64,000 bases of DNA from Vermamoeba vermiformis (Eukaryota). The position numbers and the translations under genes were made by a program. This document shows, in pieces, positions 52,295-64,000 of the stretch; the stretch's first letter is position 1; each line of letters opens with the position of its first letter. The notes below the pieces were generated by a model. It ran no database searches. It saw only the letters and a program-made list of their open reading frames with translations, and was not told the origin of the DNA. Location: the NCBI GenBank assembly GCA_045837725.1, contig JBEWZL010000030.1:372001-436000 (forward strand), written 5' to 3'.

Positions 52295-53779
52295 ACCACG
52301 TAGCAGGCCAGATGTCAATAAACGAATCGATCACTGCGCTGTACATTCCCCACGTCAAAAGCGGATCGATCCAACGAACGATCATCACTAATTGAATCAG
52401 TTAGTTATTACTATTACTATGAAACTTCTACGTACATGCACAAAAGATGCCCTGGAAGATAAGATAGACGAAGCTAATGTTCAAAATGAATCCAGTTGCT
52501 AGAACTTTTCGGATGAACTTGTAGATCACGAGTGCCAATAATGCCACGTAGAATAGGCCGAATATGATATTCAATGCAATGAACCAGCCTGTTATTCCAA
52601 CGTTCTTGTGCCATGCGCTAACACCTGCGTGTCATTCGAGATTAGTAATCTCGCAACCATTAAAAAACTTTAATTTTGCCAAGTCTATAATTAGGACAAA
52701 TCGCTACCTGGAGTAAGCTCCACTGTTACGTATGTAGCGTTTTTCATTATTTCAAGCAACATGTAGTAATCTGGAGCCGAGATCTGACAGAAAAAAAGTT
52801 GTAGATATCATGCTATGCTGCGTTGGATCTAGATCAGCACTTACAGTGACCACAGGGACCCCGAGTGGCGTACTGCTAATTGGGATGCGTGATCGTCGGC
52901 CATTAGTCTCAGGTGTTTCAAAATCGCTAAAAATAACACCAGCCACTCTCGCTATTGATGACATTAATTAATACTATGATATTCAATTTGTTAGATCTAC
53001 TTCTAATTTTCTTCTTCCGAAGAGGAGATTAAAATTTTGCCTTAGCAAGAGCGGACTGAATTCTTAATTTGCCTTTTTAAGGTTTTAACAGCGAAATTAA
53101 TACTAACCGTCCAGTGCCAATTGGTATTGGTATTCACGCGTGCAAGGTCCCATTGACATAATAGCGATCATGCCTTCAGCTGAGAATGAAGCACACACCT
53201 GCATGATTAAAAATTAATTTGACACGTGCAGAGCTTAATTAAATCGATCATTTGCATAAGACGATAATACGGTTGACGGTATATTGTTGCATACCTGAGT
53301 CGTAACGTTTCCAATGAGAGAAAACTCCGTCAGACCGCCAACAAAGCCGTTTGTATTCGCAGGAGTATTTATTTCGTTCCTGTAATCTTTTAATTAGCAA
53401 CTAATAGTATAATATTGTTGCAAGGTAGGTACTTACGGCACTGGAGGAAAAAGTATGTGGCTGGCAGATGCAGCACCGATCAGCACTACGAGCACTATAA
53501 AGAATCTCCACGTGCTAAATCTGCAAGCCTGGCCGCTCATTTGTGGTCGTTTGTTCGTTCGTGTAATTTAGAATGACAGCCGCCACGTTAATAAAATTTG
53601 GCAGGTCTACTTTGGCAAACAAACATTTAAGTTTGTGATTCGACCGAAACAGATTCAGCGCTAATCATCGCTATTACTCAAAGCCTACTGCCCTAACAAC
53701 AAATTAATCTCCGTTGTTGCTTAAAGGTCCTAACCTACGCCTCTAACTCGGCCCTGAGAGTACGTAATTTGAGAGTACA

Positions 53780-54800
53780 GTATTGACTAGGCCCCAAGTC
53801 AAGACCGGATCCATCCACCGCGCGATCATCACTAATAGTCAATTAATCGCGATTAGTTATGATCGACCATATTTCATCTCGCTTACGTATGCAAACTGCA
53901 GCTTGAAAGTACAGATAAACAAAGCTAATATTCAGCAGTACGCCAGTTGCTCTGGCTTTTCGAACAAATTTGTAGATCACGAGCGCGAACAGTGCGATAT
54001 AAAATAGACCGAACATAATATTGAATGTTATGAACCAGCCTGTGATTGCAATATTCGTACGCCACACGCTAACTCCTTTTCGTCGAAAAGATTAGAAATC
54101 TCGACTCTTTTCGTTTGCTATTTTAAGCCTCGTACCTGGTCTAATCTCAACCAATACATTATTATTGCTGAGTTCAATGAGCATCTTAAAATCAAGAGCC
54201 GAGATCTATCAAATTAAAGATTTGAAATTGACAGCTATCAAAATCACAGAAAATCACTCCGACGGCTCCCGCTATATTAAGAAGTCAATATGTTGCAGCA
54301 CTTTCTATTTGTGTTATTATGGACATATTAAGTGGTACATGTTATAGTAATGGCCAATTTCTTTGTCTCAGCAAGCTACTGTCCGGATGCGCTTGGTACG
54401 ATAAAAGCTTGAAACGACATACATTCTAAAGCCAAGGAATATTGTCGTTCGCTACTACAAGGTCCTACTGTTACTAAAGCTATCATGCCTTGCGCTGTAT
54501 AAGCTGCGCATCCAAGCTCCTACGTTAAAAGTTCGTTTCATGAGCATCTTTGGTACGCGATCCGATGAATAATAATCCGATGATTATTCTAATTACCTGA
54601 TTTGATAATTAGCAGTCACAGAAAAGTCAGTCAGCCCTCCAACAAATCCATTGGTCATTGCTGGCGTATTAAAATTGGGGTTCCTAAATAAAACAAATCA
54701 GCGCAATGCTTAATCAATCGACTGGCAAATGAGGCGCCGATCAGCACTGAAACACCAACCAAAATGATCAAGTAATAATGAACCATCGTCAATTGTTCAT
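53780..54800 (-). pseudogene. Truncated, degenerate PA-domain receptor paralog
   Basis: TPAMTNGFVGG and GWFITFNI..YKFVRK exons present; internal deletions; similarity ends after WMDPVLTWG. Confidence 0.7.
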
Positions 54801-55134
54801 TTGGTGGTTATATCCTTTTTTTGAAATAACAAATGGCTCAAGAGAGTAGAAAAGGCGGCAATTTTCAGAATTAATTATTTTAAAAATAGTATTTTAGTCC
54901 AAATAAAGTGAATTTGGTATTCGAGGGTATAATTTGCTAGAATTCGCAATAATAAACGTTATATTAGTAAATATAAAATACCTCACAGTTTTTGTCGCAG
55001 ATGCGCCTTGTTACTCTTGCTGTCTCTCGCTCCGTTACTTGGTTCAGTAACAGCAAATGATGGCCTAAGATGGTCATAAATAAAAACAAGTCGTTCAACA
55101 TTTAATTCAATACTGGTGTTGATGTCTGTCAAGG

Positions 55135-56945
55135 TTAAAAACTCAAAAGAGAAACAACAACGAATGCCAATAACGGCAAGACAGGCAGCAAAATCGAACT
55201 ATCAGAAGCCTTCTTGCAGCCAGAATCGTCCTTGGTAATTGTGACCGTGACTGCTTCAGGTTCATTGTTCTGAGTGGTTTTCAGCACCACGCACGACTGC
55301 ACTGGATCGAGAATGATTGTCAGAATCGATGCACGTATGATCATACGAGACGCTACTTACGATTACTGTTGACAGTAATAGAACCAAAGTTGAGGTTGTC
55401 AGTGCCGCAGTAGGAGTTGAAAGTGAAGATCGTGTGCTCAATTGAACTTGAAGAACTCAATTCTTTGACTTCATCTTCGGTCAATGTAAACGACAACGAA
55501 GGGGTTCCTGTAGTAATGACTGTTAATACTTTTGAACTTCCCTTATGGCGTTATTCTTACCCTTGACTGTCGCACAGCCGTACACGATAAGATCGCCCTC
55601 GGTGAGAGTAAGAGCTCCCGAAATAGTAAGGTTTCCAACGATGACAAGATCTCCAATTTCTGCGCCTGATGCAAGCTCGTAGGAGCCATAGATGGCCCAT
55701 ACAGGCTCTCTGTTAACATTGACTTGACAAACGGCGTTGCTATTAGGCGCAGGTTGAGGGCACGACTTCACACCTGCCAATAAGAAGTTGATACGCGTAC
55801 GATAAAATAATCAAAAGCTAACTTACAGTCGATTTTTGTAGTGTTGCACTTGGGATTGGTTGGAATACAGCACAAGTTGGTGCCAGAAACATCGCACGTA
55901 TTAACTGTTGGAAGACTCACGTTGTAGCAGCCAGCGAGAGGATTGTTGGAAATGTTGAGCCCGCCAAGGTTCGGGAGGTCTGACAATCCAGGGGAGATCA
56001 AGCCCGTCAACAAGTTGTTGCTCACATCAAACCCTACCAAAGTAGTGCACAATGCCAAGTCAGCTGGAATCATGCCGCTCAATTGATTTGAAGAGAGCTG
56101 GAGGGTAGTCAGTTTCGGCAGGTGACCAAGTTGCCAAGGTATAGTGCCAGTGAGCTGATTGCTATCTAAATACAGAGATTTCAGCGACGATAACTGCTGA
56201 AGCTCGCCAGGTATGGTGCCCGTCAGTTGATTGTTAGACGCGTCAAAATTAATGAGTTGATTAAGCTGCTTCAATTCGGGAGGGATGGTGCCAGTGAGTC
56301 TATTTTTGTTGATGAGTAGATTTTGGAGCTGTTGCATTCCGCCAATGTATGCAGGAATAGTACCAGTAACGCGAGTTTTGTACAGGGCGAAACCAGTGAG
56401 GTTTACGAAGGGTCGCAGATCCGGAAAGTCGCCAGTCAGGTCTGAGTCAAGGATTTGGTATTCGCTTAACGGGGAGCGAGCACTTTCGAGAAAGGTCGGA
56501 AGTTGCAGATTCGTCGTCCACCACAGATTCAAAGTTTGAAGATTTGGGAGAGAACCAATTTCGATTGGTAAAGGCCTCGATAAGGTCACATTATTGATCG
56601 TAATCGTCTTTAAGTAAGGCCAGTCTTTGATCCAATCCCCGATCTCAACCGCAGTTTGCTCTCGAACGTAGCTACAATTTACTGGTTAATATTTTGCTTT
56701 ATGGATTGCGAAAGAAGAACTTACAGCTCTGTTATGTGCAAAGCGCCGTCCACCGTTTCGCAAGAAACAAAAGAAGGAGTGCTGATCCCGCATGGGTCTC
56801 CGGGAGTAATTACTTCAATTGGAGGAACCAACGACGCGTTAAATAATTTATACGCATCTATCTCCGTCTTCGGAAGCTCCTGTGCTGAGCTGCAGACGAT
56901 GAGAACAAAAATATGCAAAATCATAAAACAAATAAACCGCCACAT
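55135..56945 (-). CDS. Secreted/surface leucine-rich-repeat protein (plant-type LxxNxLTGxIP repeats), probable GPI or TM anchor
   Basis: Signal peptide MWRFICF..., repeated NQLTGTIP, hydrophobic C-terminus. Confidence 0.88.
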
Positions 56946-57539
56946 TGTGGTTGTGGTGTTTAGGATAAACAAAAAATAATAAGAAAGTGGAAACAATACC
57001 AAAAAAAAATTTGTTGTTCACAAATTTCAATTTCCTTTTTCGGTAATTCGTTGACATTAAAGTTGTTGCTTCCGTTTAGAATCATGATTCCTTTGCACAC
57101 CGCGTACATACTAATTAGGAGCATTGTTAAGGCTAAAAAAGGTTTTTACAAAAAGAATCGAAGGTTTAGGTAAACGTATCAGAAGTCTCAAATTAAGCCC
57201 CTTTGCATAAGTTATAAATTAATGTTGTCAATTGACAACAAAGGTTCGGGCGGAGATAATTTCCGCAATCTCTAAATTTAGAACGTCAAACTAAAAAATT
57301 AATTAATGCACAGCCGAAATTTTTTGGCAGGTTGCCAATTTAGTAGATTTTAATCCGTCTTTATGGCCATAAATCGGAGTGAGATGCAATACATTTGAAT
57401 TAACTACGTACCAACATGGTGCCCGCCACTCGGAATTTTCCGCCACGTTCGCGAGATGGATCGACATGACCGACTTGGGACATGGCTCAACTGCGTTTTA
57501 AATATCGCCCTTCGAGTTTAATATTGTTCTAATTGTGAC

Positions 57540-58748
57540 TTACAAGCCTTCAAACAGTCCAAGTGCATACAAATGTGGTGCCGTGTGTCGACATTGAATG
57601 CCGTTCTCGTGCATGTATTCCAAGCAGTCTAGGCGAGACAGTTCAGTTGCCATGTCGCACGCTTTGTAGTCCCAATGCGCTCCATTCTCGTGCGCGTAAG
57701 TCAAGCACTCTAGTGATCCGTACGATGCTGCATTTTCGCACGTAGCTTCATCCCATCCAGCACCATTCTCGTGCGCGTAGATCAGGCACTCTAAATTGCC
57801 GGCTGCAGCTCTCGAACACACGCGATCGCTGAAAGGACAGCCGTTCTCGTGAGCATAGACCAACATGTCAAAGTGACCCAAGGAAGCGCTGAGGTCAGTC
57901 ACTACTTCGTGCCATTCAGCGCCGCTCTCGTGCACGTACTGCAACACTTTAAAATTGCCGGAAAGTACTGCCTCGCGACAGATGTAGACGCTGTTCCAGC
58001 CACATCCGTTTTCGTGCGCGTACTTTAAGCACTCGAAATGACCGTACTTGACTGCATTGAAGCACACATCTTCGTTCCACGGATGTCCGTGCTCGTGCAA
58101 GTACTGCAACACTGGCAAATGGCCGTGCTTGGCTGCGAGTGAGTAGGCAACATTGTCTAACGGACAACCGTTCTCTAGAGCGTACTTCAAGCAAGTAACA
58201 TGCCCGTTCATTGCCGCACGTGCTGTAGTATCGCTGCTCCATTGGCAGCCGTTCTCGTGAAGGTAGATCAAGACGTCGATTTGTCCGCCCATTGCTGCCA
58301 TAGCGCAAGTCTTCTCGTTCCATTTTGAGCCAGTCTCTCTTGCAAATTGAAGTCGCGAGAAGTAGCCATTGTACGCAGCGAAGTTGGCCCTGGTCCACAT
58401 TGAATTTTGGGTCAAGCAGAGATGCAACAGCTCGAGGTCTTCAACTCCTTTCAAATGTTCTTGCAATAAATCTCTACATATATTATTCAACTCTTTGCAT
58501 GATTGTGATAGCATGTCGCAATTATGAATTAATTGGACGTAATCGTTTTCTTCTTTCGGATTAAAATTCATATATCGCACAATAGCAAGAATTATCTCCA
58601 TGGGAAGTGCCAAAAAATCAATTCCTATATTTCCATCATTTTCTGCTAATTTTTGCTCGTTTGTAGACGCGCTGTCCAGAGATTGGTTGCAGATGCGCGC
58701 CTTTTTGGAGGGCTTCTCGCTATCCTCGTGCGCACTCTTTCTTTTCAT
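57540..58748 (-). CDS. Intronless F-box + ankyrin-repeat protein (LKYAHENGCxW type)
   Basis: LALPMEIILAIV F-box-like motif; many AAxxGHxxCLxYAHENGCxW repeats. Confidence 0.88.
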   Translation of the reverse strand: MKRKSAHEDSEKPSKKARICNQSLDSASTNEQKLAENDGNIGIDFLALPMEIILAIVRYMNFNPKEENDYVQLIHNCDMLSQSCKELNNICRDLLQEHLKGVEDLELLHLCLTQNSMWTRANFAAYNGYFSRLQFARETGSKWNEKTCAMAAMGGQIDVLIYLHENGCQWSSDTTARAAMNGHVTCLKYALENGCPLDNVAYSLAAKHGHLPVLQYLHEHGHPWNEDVCFNAVKYGHFECLKYAHENGCGWNSVYICREAVLSGNFKVLQYVHESGAEWHEVVTDLSASLGHFDMLVYAHENGCPFSDRVCSRAAAGNLECLIYAHENGAGWDEATCENAASYGSLECLTYAHENGAHWDYKACDMATELSRLDCLEYMHENGIQCRHTAPHLYALGLFEGL

Positions 58749-59168
58749 TATAAAATTGTAATGAAGTTGCGAGTGACGTTGATTGAGCTCGGCTTTTGAA
58801 CCAATCAAGTCCTTATAAGGCTTCTCGAGCAATCTTGCGCTTGCTGGTTAATAATACTTTAATTATGCCATTGTGTTGATTTTTTGTTGTGTTTGTGCGT
58901 TCTCATTGCTTTATCTCTGACTTTTCCGTCGCGAGGCAATAAAAATTATCTCAAGTCTTCAGTCACGAGTTAGTTCAGATCCTCGACCTAAGATTTCAAG
59001 ATTCGTGTTCGAATCTCCGCAGCTGTGATTTAACAGATATTATTTTAAATTCTTCCCGTATTTTTAGTTACTATTCGGCTTCCTATTCTTTTGGGAGACC
59101 GGAGATAAATTGGGTGATAACTATAGGTCATTAAATAACCAAAACTACGAACTCCACACTCCAACAGT

Positions 59169-60209
59169 ATGGGCAATTCAAAGAGTCAAAGACCTGAAGC
59201 GAACAGGGAGGTGGTGGCAGAGCAGATCGAACCACCTGAGTAAGTCTCCGTAAACACCCTTACAAAGCCAGTCAATTTTAATACTCGTCGTAGAGTCACC
59301 ATTAATATTGCAATTATTGGAAACAGTGGTGCGTATTTAAATCTTGATCTAAGTTTGTACTGACCTCAATCGCGAAAGGCGTTGGAAAAACAGCAATACC
59401 GCTTCGCTTCAAGGTAATTCAAAAAATTTTAAGCACCACTCGTTGTCCAGCCTTTATCGCTACGAATTATATTAACAGAATTATTTTCAGCAAGGAACAT
59501 TTGTGGAGCCTCCGCTTACAATAGGCATGGATTGGATAGAGATACATTATCGAATCGATGGCAAGCGAGTTAGATTTAGGCTCGTAAGTTGATTAAAAAG
59601 GCTTAGATCTAGAGGTCGCTAATCTAATCATAAATGTAGCGCGACACTCATGGCATGGAGCGTTTCCGCAGCCTTAATTGGTCATTTTTCCATCAATTAG
59701 ATGTCATTTTAATCACGTTTGATGTGTCAAATCAAGAAAGCTTCAATCATATTGTGAGTATTTGGTACAAGCAAGGCAGCAAATCTTCAAATCCCAGAAC
59801 ATGCATTGCCTTCGTTGGGAATAAGACAGTAAGTAATACGTTATTATATTAATATAAAGCATAAGTAGACTCCGAGTTCGAGCTGTGGCTCTTTTTTAAT
59901 CTTTTTTTTTTTGATGAGATCTAGTCAGCTCTTACTGACGTTAAATTTGATAGGATTTACCTCACATGGTTACGAGTGACGAACTCGAGGTAAGTTTAGC
60001 TTTAAAGTTCATTATCAGCTCGAGCTCGAATTGAACTGAACTCTATTTTGCAGGCTACAGCAGCTCCATTAGGCTGCGCAAGCATTATGTGCTCGGCAAA
60101 AGATGGAACGAACATTGAAGAGCTGTTCAAGCTCTGTTATGTAAAGGGTTTAGAAAAACAGGAAGCGGATCGGCTGTGCTACGCCACGAACAATAACGGG
60201 ACCGCGTAA
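59169..60209 (+). CDS. Atypical Rab/Ras-family small GTPase
   Basis: Spliced product has GNSGVGKT, TIG, DTHGMERF, GNKTD and SAK motifs. Confidence 0.88.
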
Positions 60210-60575
60210 AATATTGCCGAATAATTATTATTTATAATGTAAAATAAAATGCCCTGAGCATGGTGTATCAGTAAATTAATAAATTTCATTAGTGAATGCT
60301 GGCGCTAGAATTCCAAAGTTGATTGTGCCAATATTAAGACAATATATAACATGTTCGCAGTCGGTAATTAACTAAATTAGATTTTACCTTCAAGGAATCA
60401 AAACTGACGACGATCAGATCGTTTCATGACGCTCGTGGAATCAGAGCTAGTTCTGGACTTATTTCCGCTTAAATTCTATTCATTTACATGCAACAAGCTT
60501 AGTAAGCCTGAGTTGTGTTGCGGTACTGGTCCGCTATTCGAAAAAGAACAAATTTTATTTTTGTTATCTGATCCA

Positions 60576-62410
60576 ATGAGGCGACTACGGTTCTCGCAAG
60601 TGCCTATATTGCGAAATAGGCGGCTACAATTCGCCGTAGTGGTCACTTTCTTATTTATCTTCTTTTATATGCGACCGTCTGATCACACATTAGAAATAGT
60701 TACGGATGTCGCTAAACAGTTGTATAATGGCACAATAATACCTGACGATGTTCCTTTTAGCTTAGATAAATACCCAGGCAAGTATTTGCAAATTTGAAAT
60801 AATTCCAACGGATCGACAATGAAATGGATGACGTTGATAGTTAGTTACATTAAACAATAATAAATTATTTTGAATATTTTAAAATACGTCATAATTATTT
60901 TGAGTTATTACATCGTTGATTTCCGCCAAAATACTAATAATTTATTTAAAATTAGAGTGGGCCAAAAATGCGGTTGATTTAGGCTTTGTCCTGCCTGTAT
61001 ATATATGGGACGCAGTATTATGGAATAACTCGAATTCTATCGCATTTCTCGCGCCAACGGCAACAAGAAAGTGGGTGGATCGACATCCAAAGCCTAAGAT
61101 TACTTATCCAGAGGCTTACTTCAAAATGAAATGCATATTTGGAGATAGTGCGTCATATACAGGTAAGACTTTGCCTAATATATTACTCAATGACAGTACG
61201 CGATCGAAATCCACTTTGCTTGTTAACCAAATTTTTTGCCTTGGCGACAAAATTCCGGCATCAAATTAATGTTTCCTAATATTATTTATAGATGTTACCG
61301 TCATACCTGATGAGCATCATAATATTTGGATTTTAAGCTGCGATCTCTCGACAAAAGAACAAGACTTCCTGCAGAAGAACCAAGAAGTACGAGTCTCGTT
61401 GCTGGATCTGAACTTGGGTGTCCAATCCAAGAACTACATGGTCAAGTCATTCGTAAAGACAGAGAAGAAGCATAAAATAGCAGCATGTACGATGATCATG
61501 AACGAAGAGAAATACATTGCCGAATGGATCGAGTACATGCAGCTAATGAAAGTGACTAAATTCTATTTTTACGACAACGGAAGTACTGATAAGACGTAAG
61601 TACCAAACAAGACCTCAATAAGTGAGATCCGAATAACAAAAAACGACATCCAAATTCAATTTCGTTCGTTTGCCTCCTTTTTACTACATAATATATTAAC
61701 TTGCCTATTATAGATTGAAAGTATTGCAGCCCTATGTAGATCAAGGCTTAGTAACAGTCGTGGATTGGTCCATGTACCCGTACAAGACGAGCAAGTTCAA
61801 CTCGCAGATTATGGCCTTCAACGACTGCGTGTACAGATTTAAAGACTACAGCGAGTTTCAATTGCAATTCGATGTGGATGAGTACCCTTTCTCAAAGAGT
61901 GAAGACATTGAGGATCTCGATCAGCTGATCGAAAAGTACAAAGAAGAGGAACCTGAGTTTGGGCAGCTCCTATTGACTGTAAGTACATATGTTATCATAA
62001 TATAGTCATGAGTAATTCTTTAGATTGCAAACTAATCGTGAGCGCATCCGTTACAAATTGATTCAATACTAACTCTTCAATTATAGTTCATGTACTTCGG
62101 CACCAATGAATGGGATGACTCAAAACTAGTCACAGAGGCATATTGGAGATCGTTACATTGGCCTGGACACCCTGGCAACGCTCTCGGGTATCACCGCAAG
62201 CCTATTCTGTGGCTTCAGCACCTCAAAGCCGTCTCTATTCATACTTTGACTACTGGTGGTCATAGTGTCTACGTTAACGGAGAAAACGAAATGAGAATTA
62301 ATCACTACTGGCACGGATCTCGTGGCGCTGCAAAAGGCTTGAACGAGAAATTCGATGACTCCATGAAGAGCTTCGTGGAAATGCTCAAACAACGTCTAGA
62401 TAGAGAGTAG
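60576..62410 (+). CDS. Glycosyltransferase family 92 (DUF23)-like type II membrane protein
   Basis: N-terminal TM; ACTMIMNEEKYIAEWIEY, FYDNGSTD, QIMAFNDC, FDVDEY, RINHY. Confidence 0.88.
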
Positions 62411-62652
62411 GACCTACATTGTTTCGCATTACGACCTGGCAATGTTTACACGTGTAAATAAATTTGTATTCTTTGTTTTCGTCGATCGGCTCGTTCGCAA
62501 CATTGCCATTAATCTAGATGCGAATAATTCATATTTAGTTCGCGGCAAACTGTGTATCGAGACCGTCGTACATACCTCCGAGCTTCAAAGTTCCTTTGCG
62601 TCGCATAAAAAAATATTAAATATTGCGAGTCATTTTACCAAATTTTTCAAGA

Positions 62653-64000
62653 ATGGAACCCATGCAAGACATAAATGATGAAGGACCAGGTTCTTACAGG
62701 TTCTTTGATATACTCTCAGACGAGCTAGCCCTGAATATATTCAAGTTCTTGGATCTCCGCTCTTTATTCGTCTGTTTGGGCGTAAACCACAATTTTCGTC
62801 GCTTAATATGTGACCCTAGTGTTGGCGTGGTAAGTGAATCATATATCATCGTAATACCTCTTTTGAAATTCTGTCGTTAATTTCGGTTTCAAAAAATATT
62901 TGTAAAATTACATCCAGCTAAAACAACCCGAAACTCTTTTCAAAATATTGAAGATATATAGAATAATCATTGGTCAAAGTATTAATAATTTTCCGTTTCA
63001 GAAAGAAGGAATGATAGATGCAGCTTTCGAATACATTGACAGGCATCAATATATAAAATCAGTAGTAAGTAAAATTAATACGAGTACTCACGAACATATT
63101 ATTTATTTACTTATTATTGAATTAGAATGTTTTAAATACGCTGTTACAAGTGTTTCCGCAGTCTTACGAAGCTTGGAAAGAAAGAAGCGTTTGTTGGGTG
63201 GATCTAAATGAAACAGAAAAGGCATTACCTGACTTATATACAGCACTTAAAGTAAGTACTTCTATGGTGGCAATTACAAATTTTTTTCGTTGCAGTAATT
63301 TTGATTCATGAAACAATTTAGTGTTGTACGGATCCAGCTTATGCTCACATGATCAAATCGCATATTTATTGGCTTAAAGACGATCTAGAAAAGGCGTTGG
63401 AAGAGATGCACAAAGCAGTCGAGCTAAATCCGAAAGAACCACGATTTTATCATTTCAGAGGTACGCTTTTTAAGCTCTATATCTTTCTAGATCCGTTGTT
63501 ATTGAAAAAAGACGAAACGTCGATTCATATTAATCTGTAGATGAAATTTCTCCGCGAGCAATCAATACTCCGGATCTGCTCACAAAATTCCCAAACACAA
63601 TTGAATTGAATAGCTATCGTAGTATATTGATATACTACGGATTACATTGCATTACAATATAATATACTAATAGAGATTTCGATATATTTTGTTCGGAGAT
63701 GTTCCTGTTAGAACTATTGCGTTTTAAATGTTTTCCGATGACGTGAGATTGCAAATCGTTAATCTGGGCTTTTCGTATAGTAATTTACTCGTTCAATATC
63801 TATCATTTGAATAATAAAGTGATCTATACGTAATTTACATCTTTTTTTCGGTCACAAATCTTCGTTTAATTAGCGACTAACCGCTAGCTATATGATGAAA
63901 AGTAGCTTGACTAACGAACCTATATTTAGCTTATATAAGATCACTTATGGCGCGAAGTAACAACAAGGTGCTGTCCGAGAGCGAGATTGGCGACTACGAA
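62653..64000 (+). CDS. F-box + TPR protein (3' end probably outside the window)
   Basis: FDILSDELALNIFKFLD..VNHNFRRL; TPR-like ALEEMHKAVELNPKEPRFYHFR. Confidence 0.75.

Larger units (their letters stand above)
50077..53540 (-). pseudogene. PA-domain ~7 TM receptor-like paralog disrupted by an LTR element
   Basis: Family exons on both sides of 50957-52294; insertion falls within the PATWS codons. Confidence 0.8.

Noticed and set aside
58950-59030. tRNA-Leu-like remnant (GACCTAAGAT...GTTCGAATC..CAGCTG)
   Set aside because: A B-box-like motif is present but I cannot fold acceptor and D stems; at best a degenerate pseudogene, needs tRNAscan-SE

Overview
Intron-rich, AT-rich eukaryotic (protist-like) genomic DNA using the standard code. 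Housekeeping genes include clathrin heavy chain, an SLC25A39/40-like carrier, a head-to-head threonine synthase/homoserine kinase pair, a GNAT, an SDR, a GT92 glycosyltransferase and an atypical Rab. They flank two tandem gene families: six F-box paralogs (7-37 kb) and five PA-domain multi-pass membrane receptor paralogs (30-55 kb). The main feature is a complete 13.74-kb CACTA transposon (14836-28576; ~36-bp TIRs, ATT target duplication, 46-bp subterminal repeats) that splits an F-box gene. Besides a C2H2-finger transposase, it carries an unusual chromatin/DNA-modification cargo: an AlkB(ALKBH2/3-like)-SRA fusion preceded by a degenerate Ulp1 domain, a ParB-like/JmjC-like/ZZ-finger protein, a perfect 41-bp palindrome in its divergent promoter, and about 4 kb of spliced-looking but largely non-coding sequence. 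Also present: a circularly permuted 2.45-kb receptor gene inserted into another F-box gene (circle-integration signature), a 1.3-kb single-ORF LTR element with identical LTRs, a TA-flanked MITE, a CpG-depleted patch beside the CACTA, and a probable p2 subunit of the MTA1c 6mA methyltransferase complex. All domain calls are by-eye motif recognition, not database hits.
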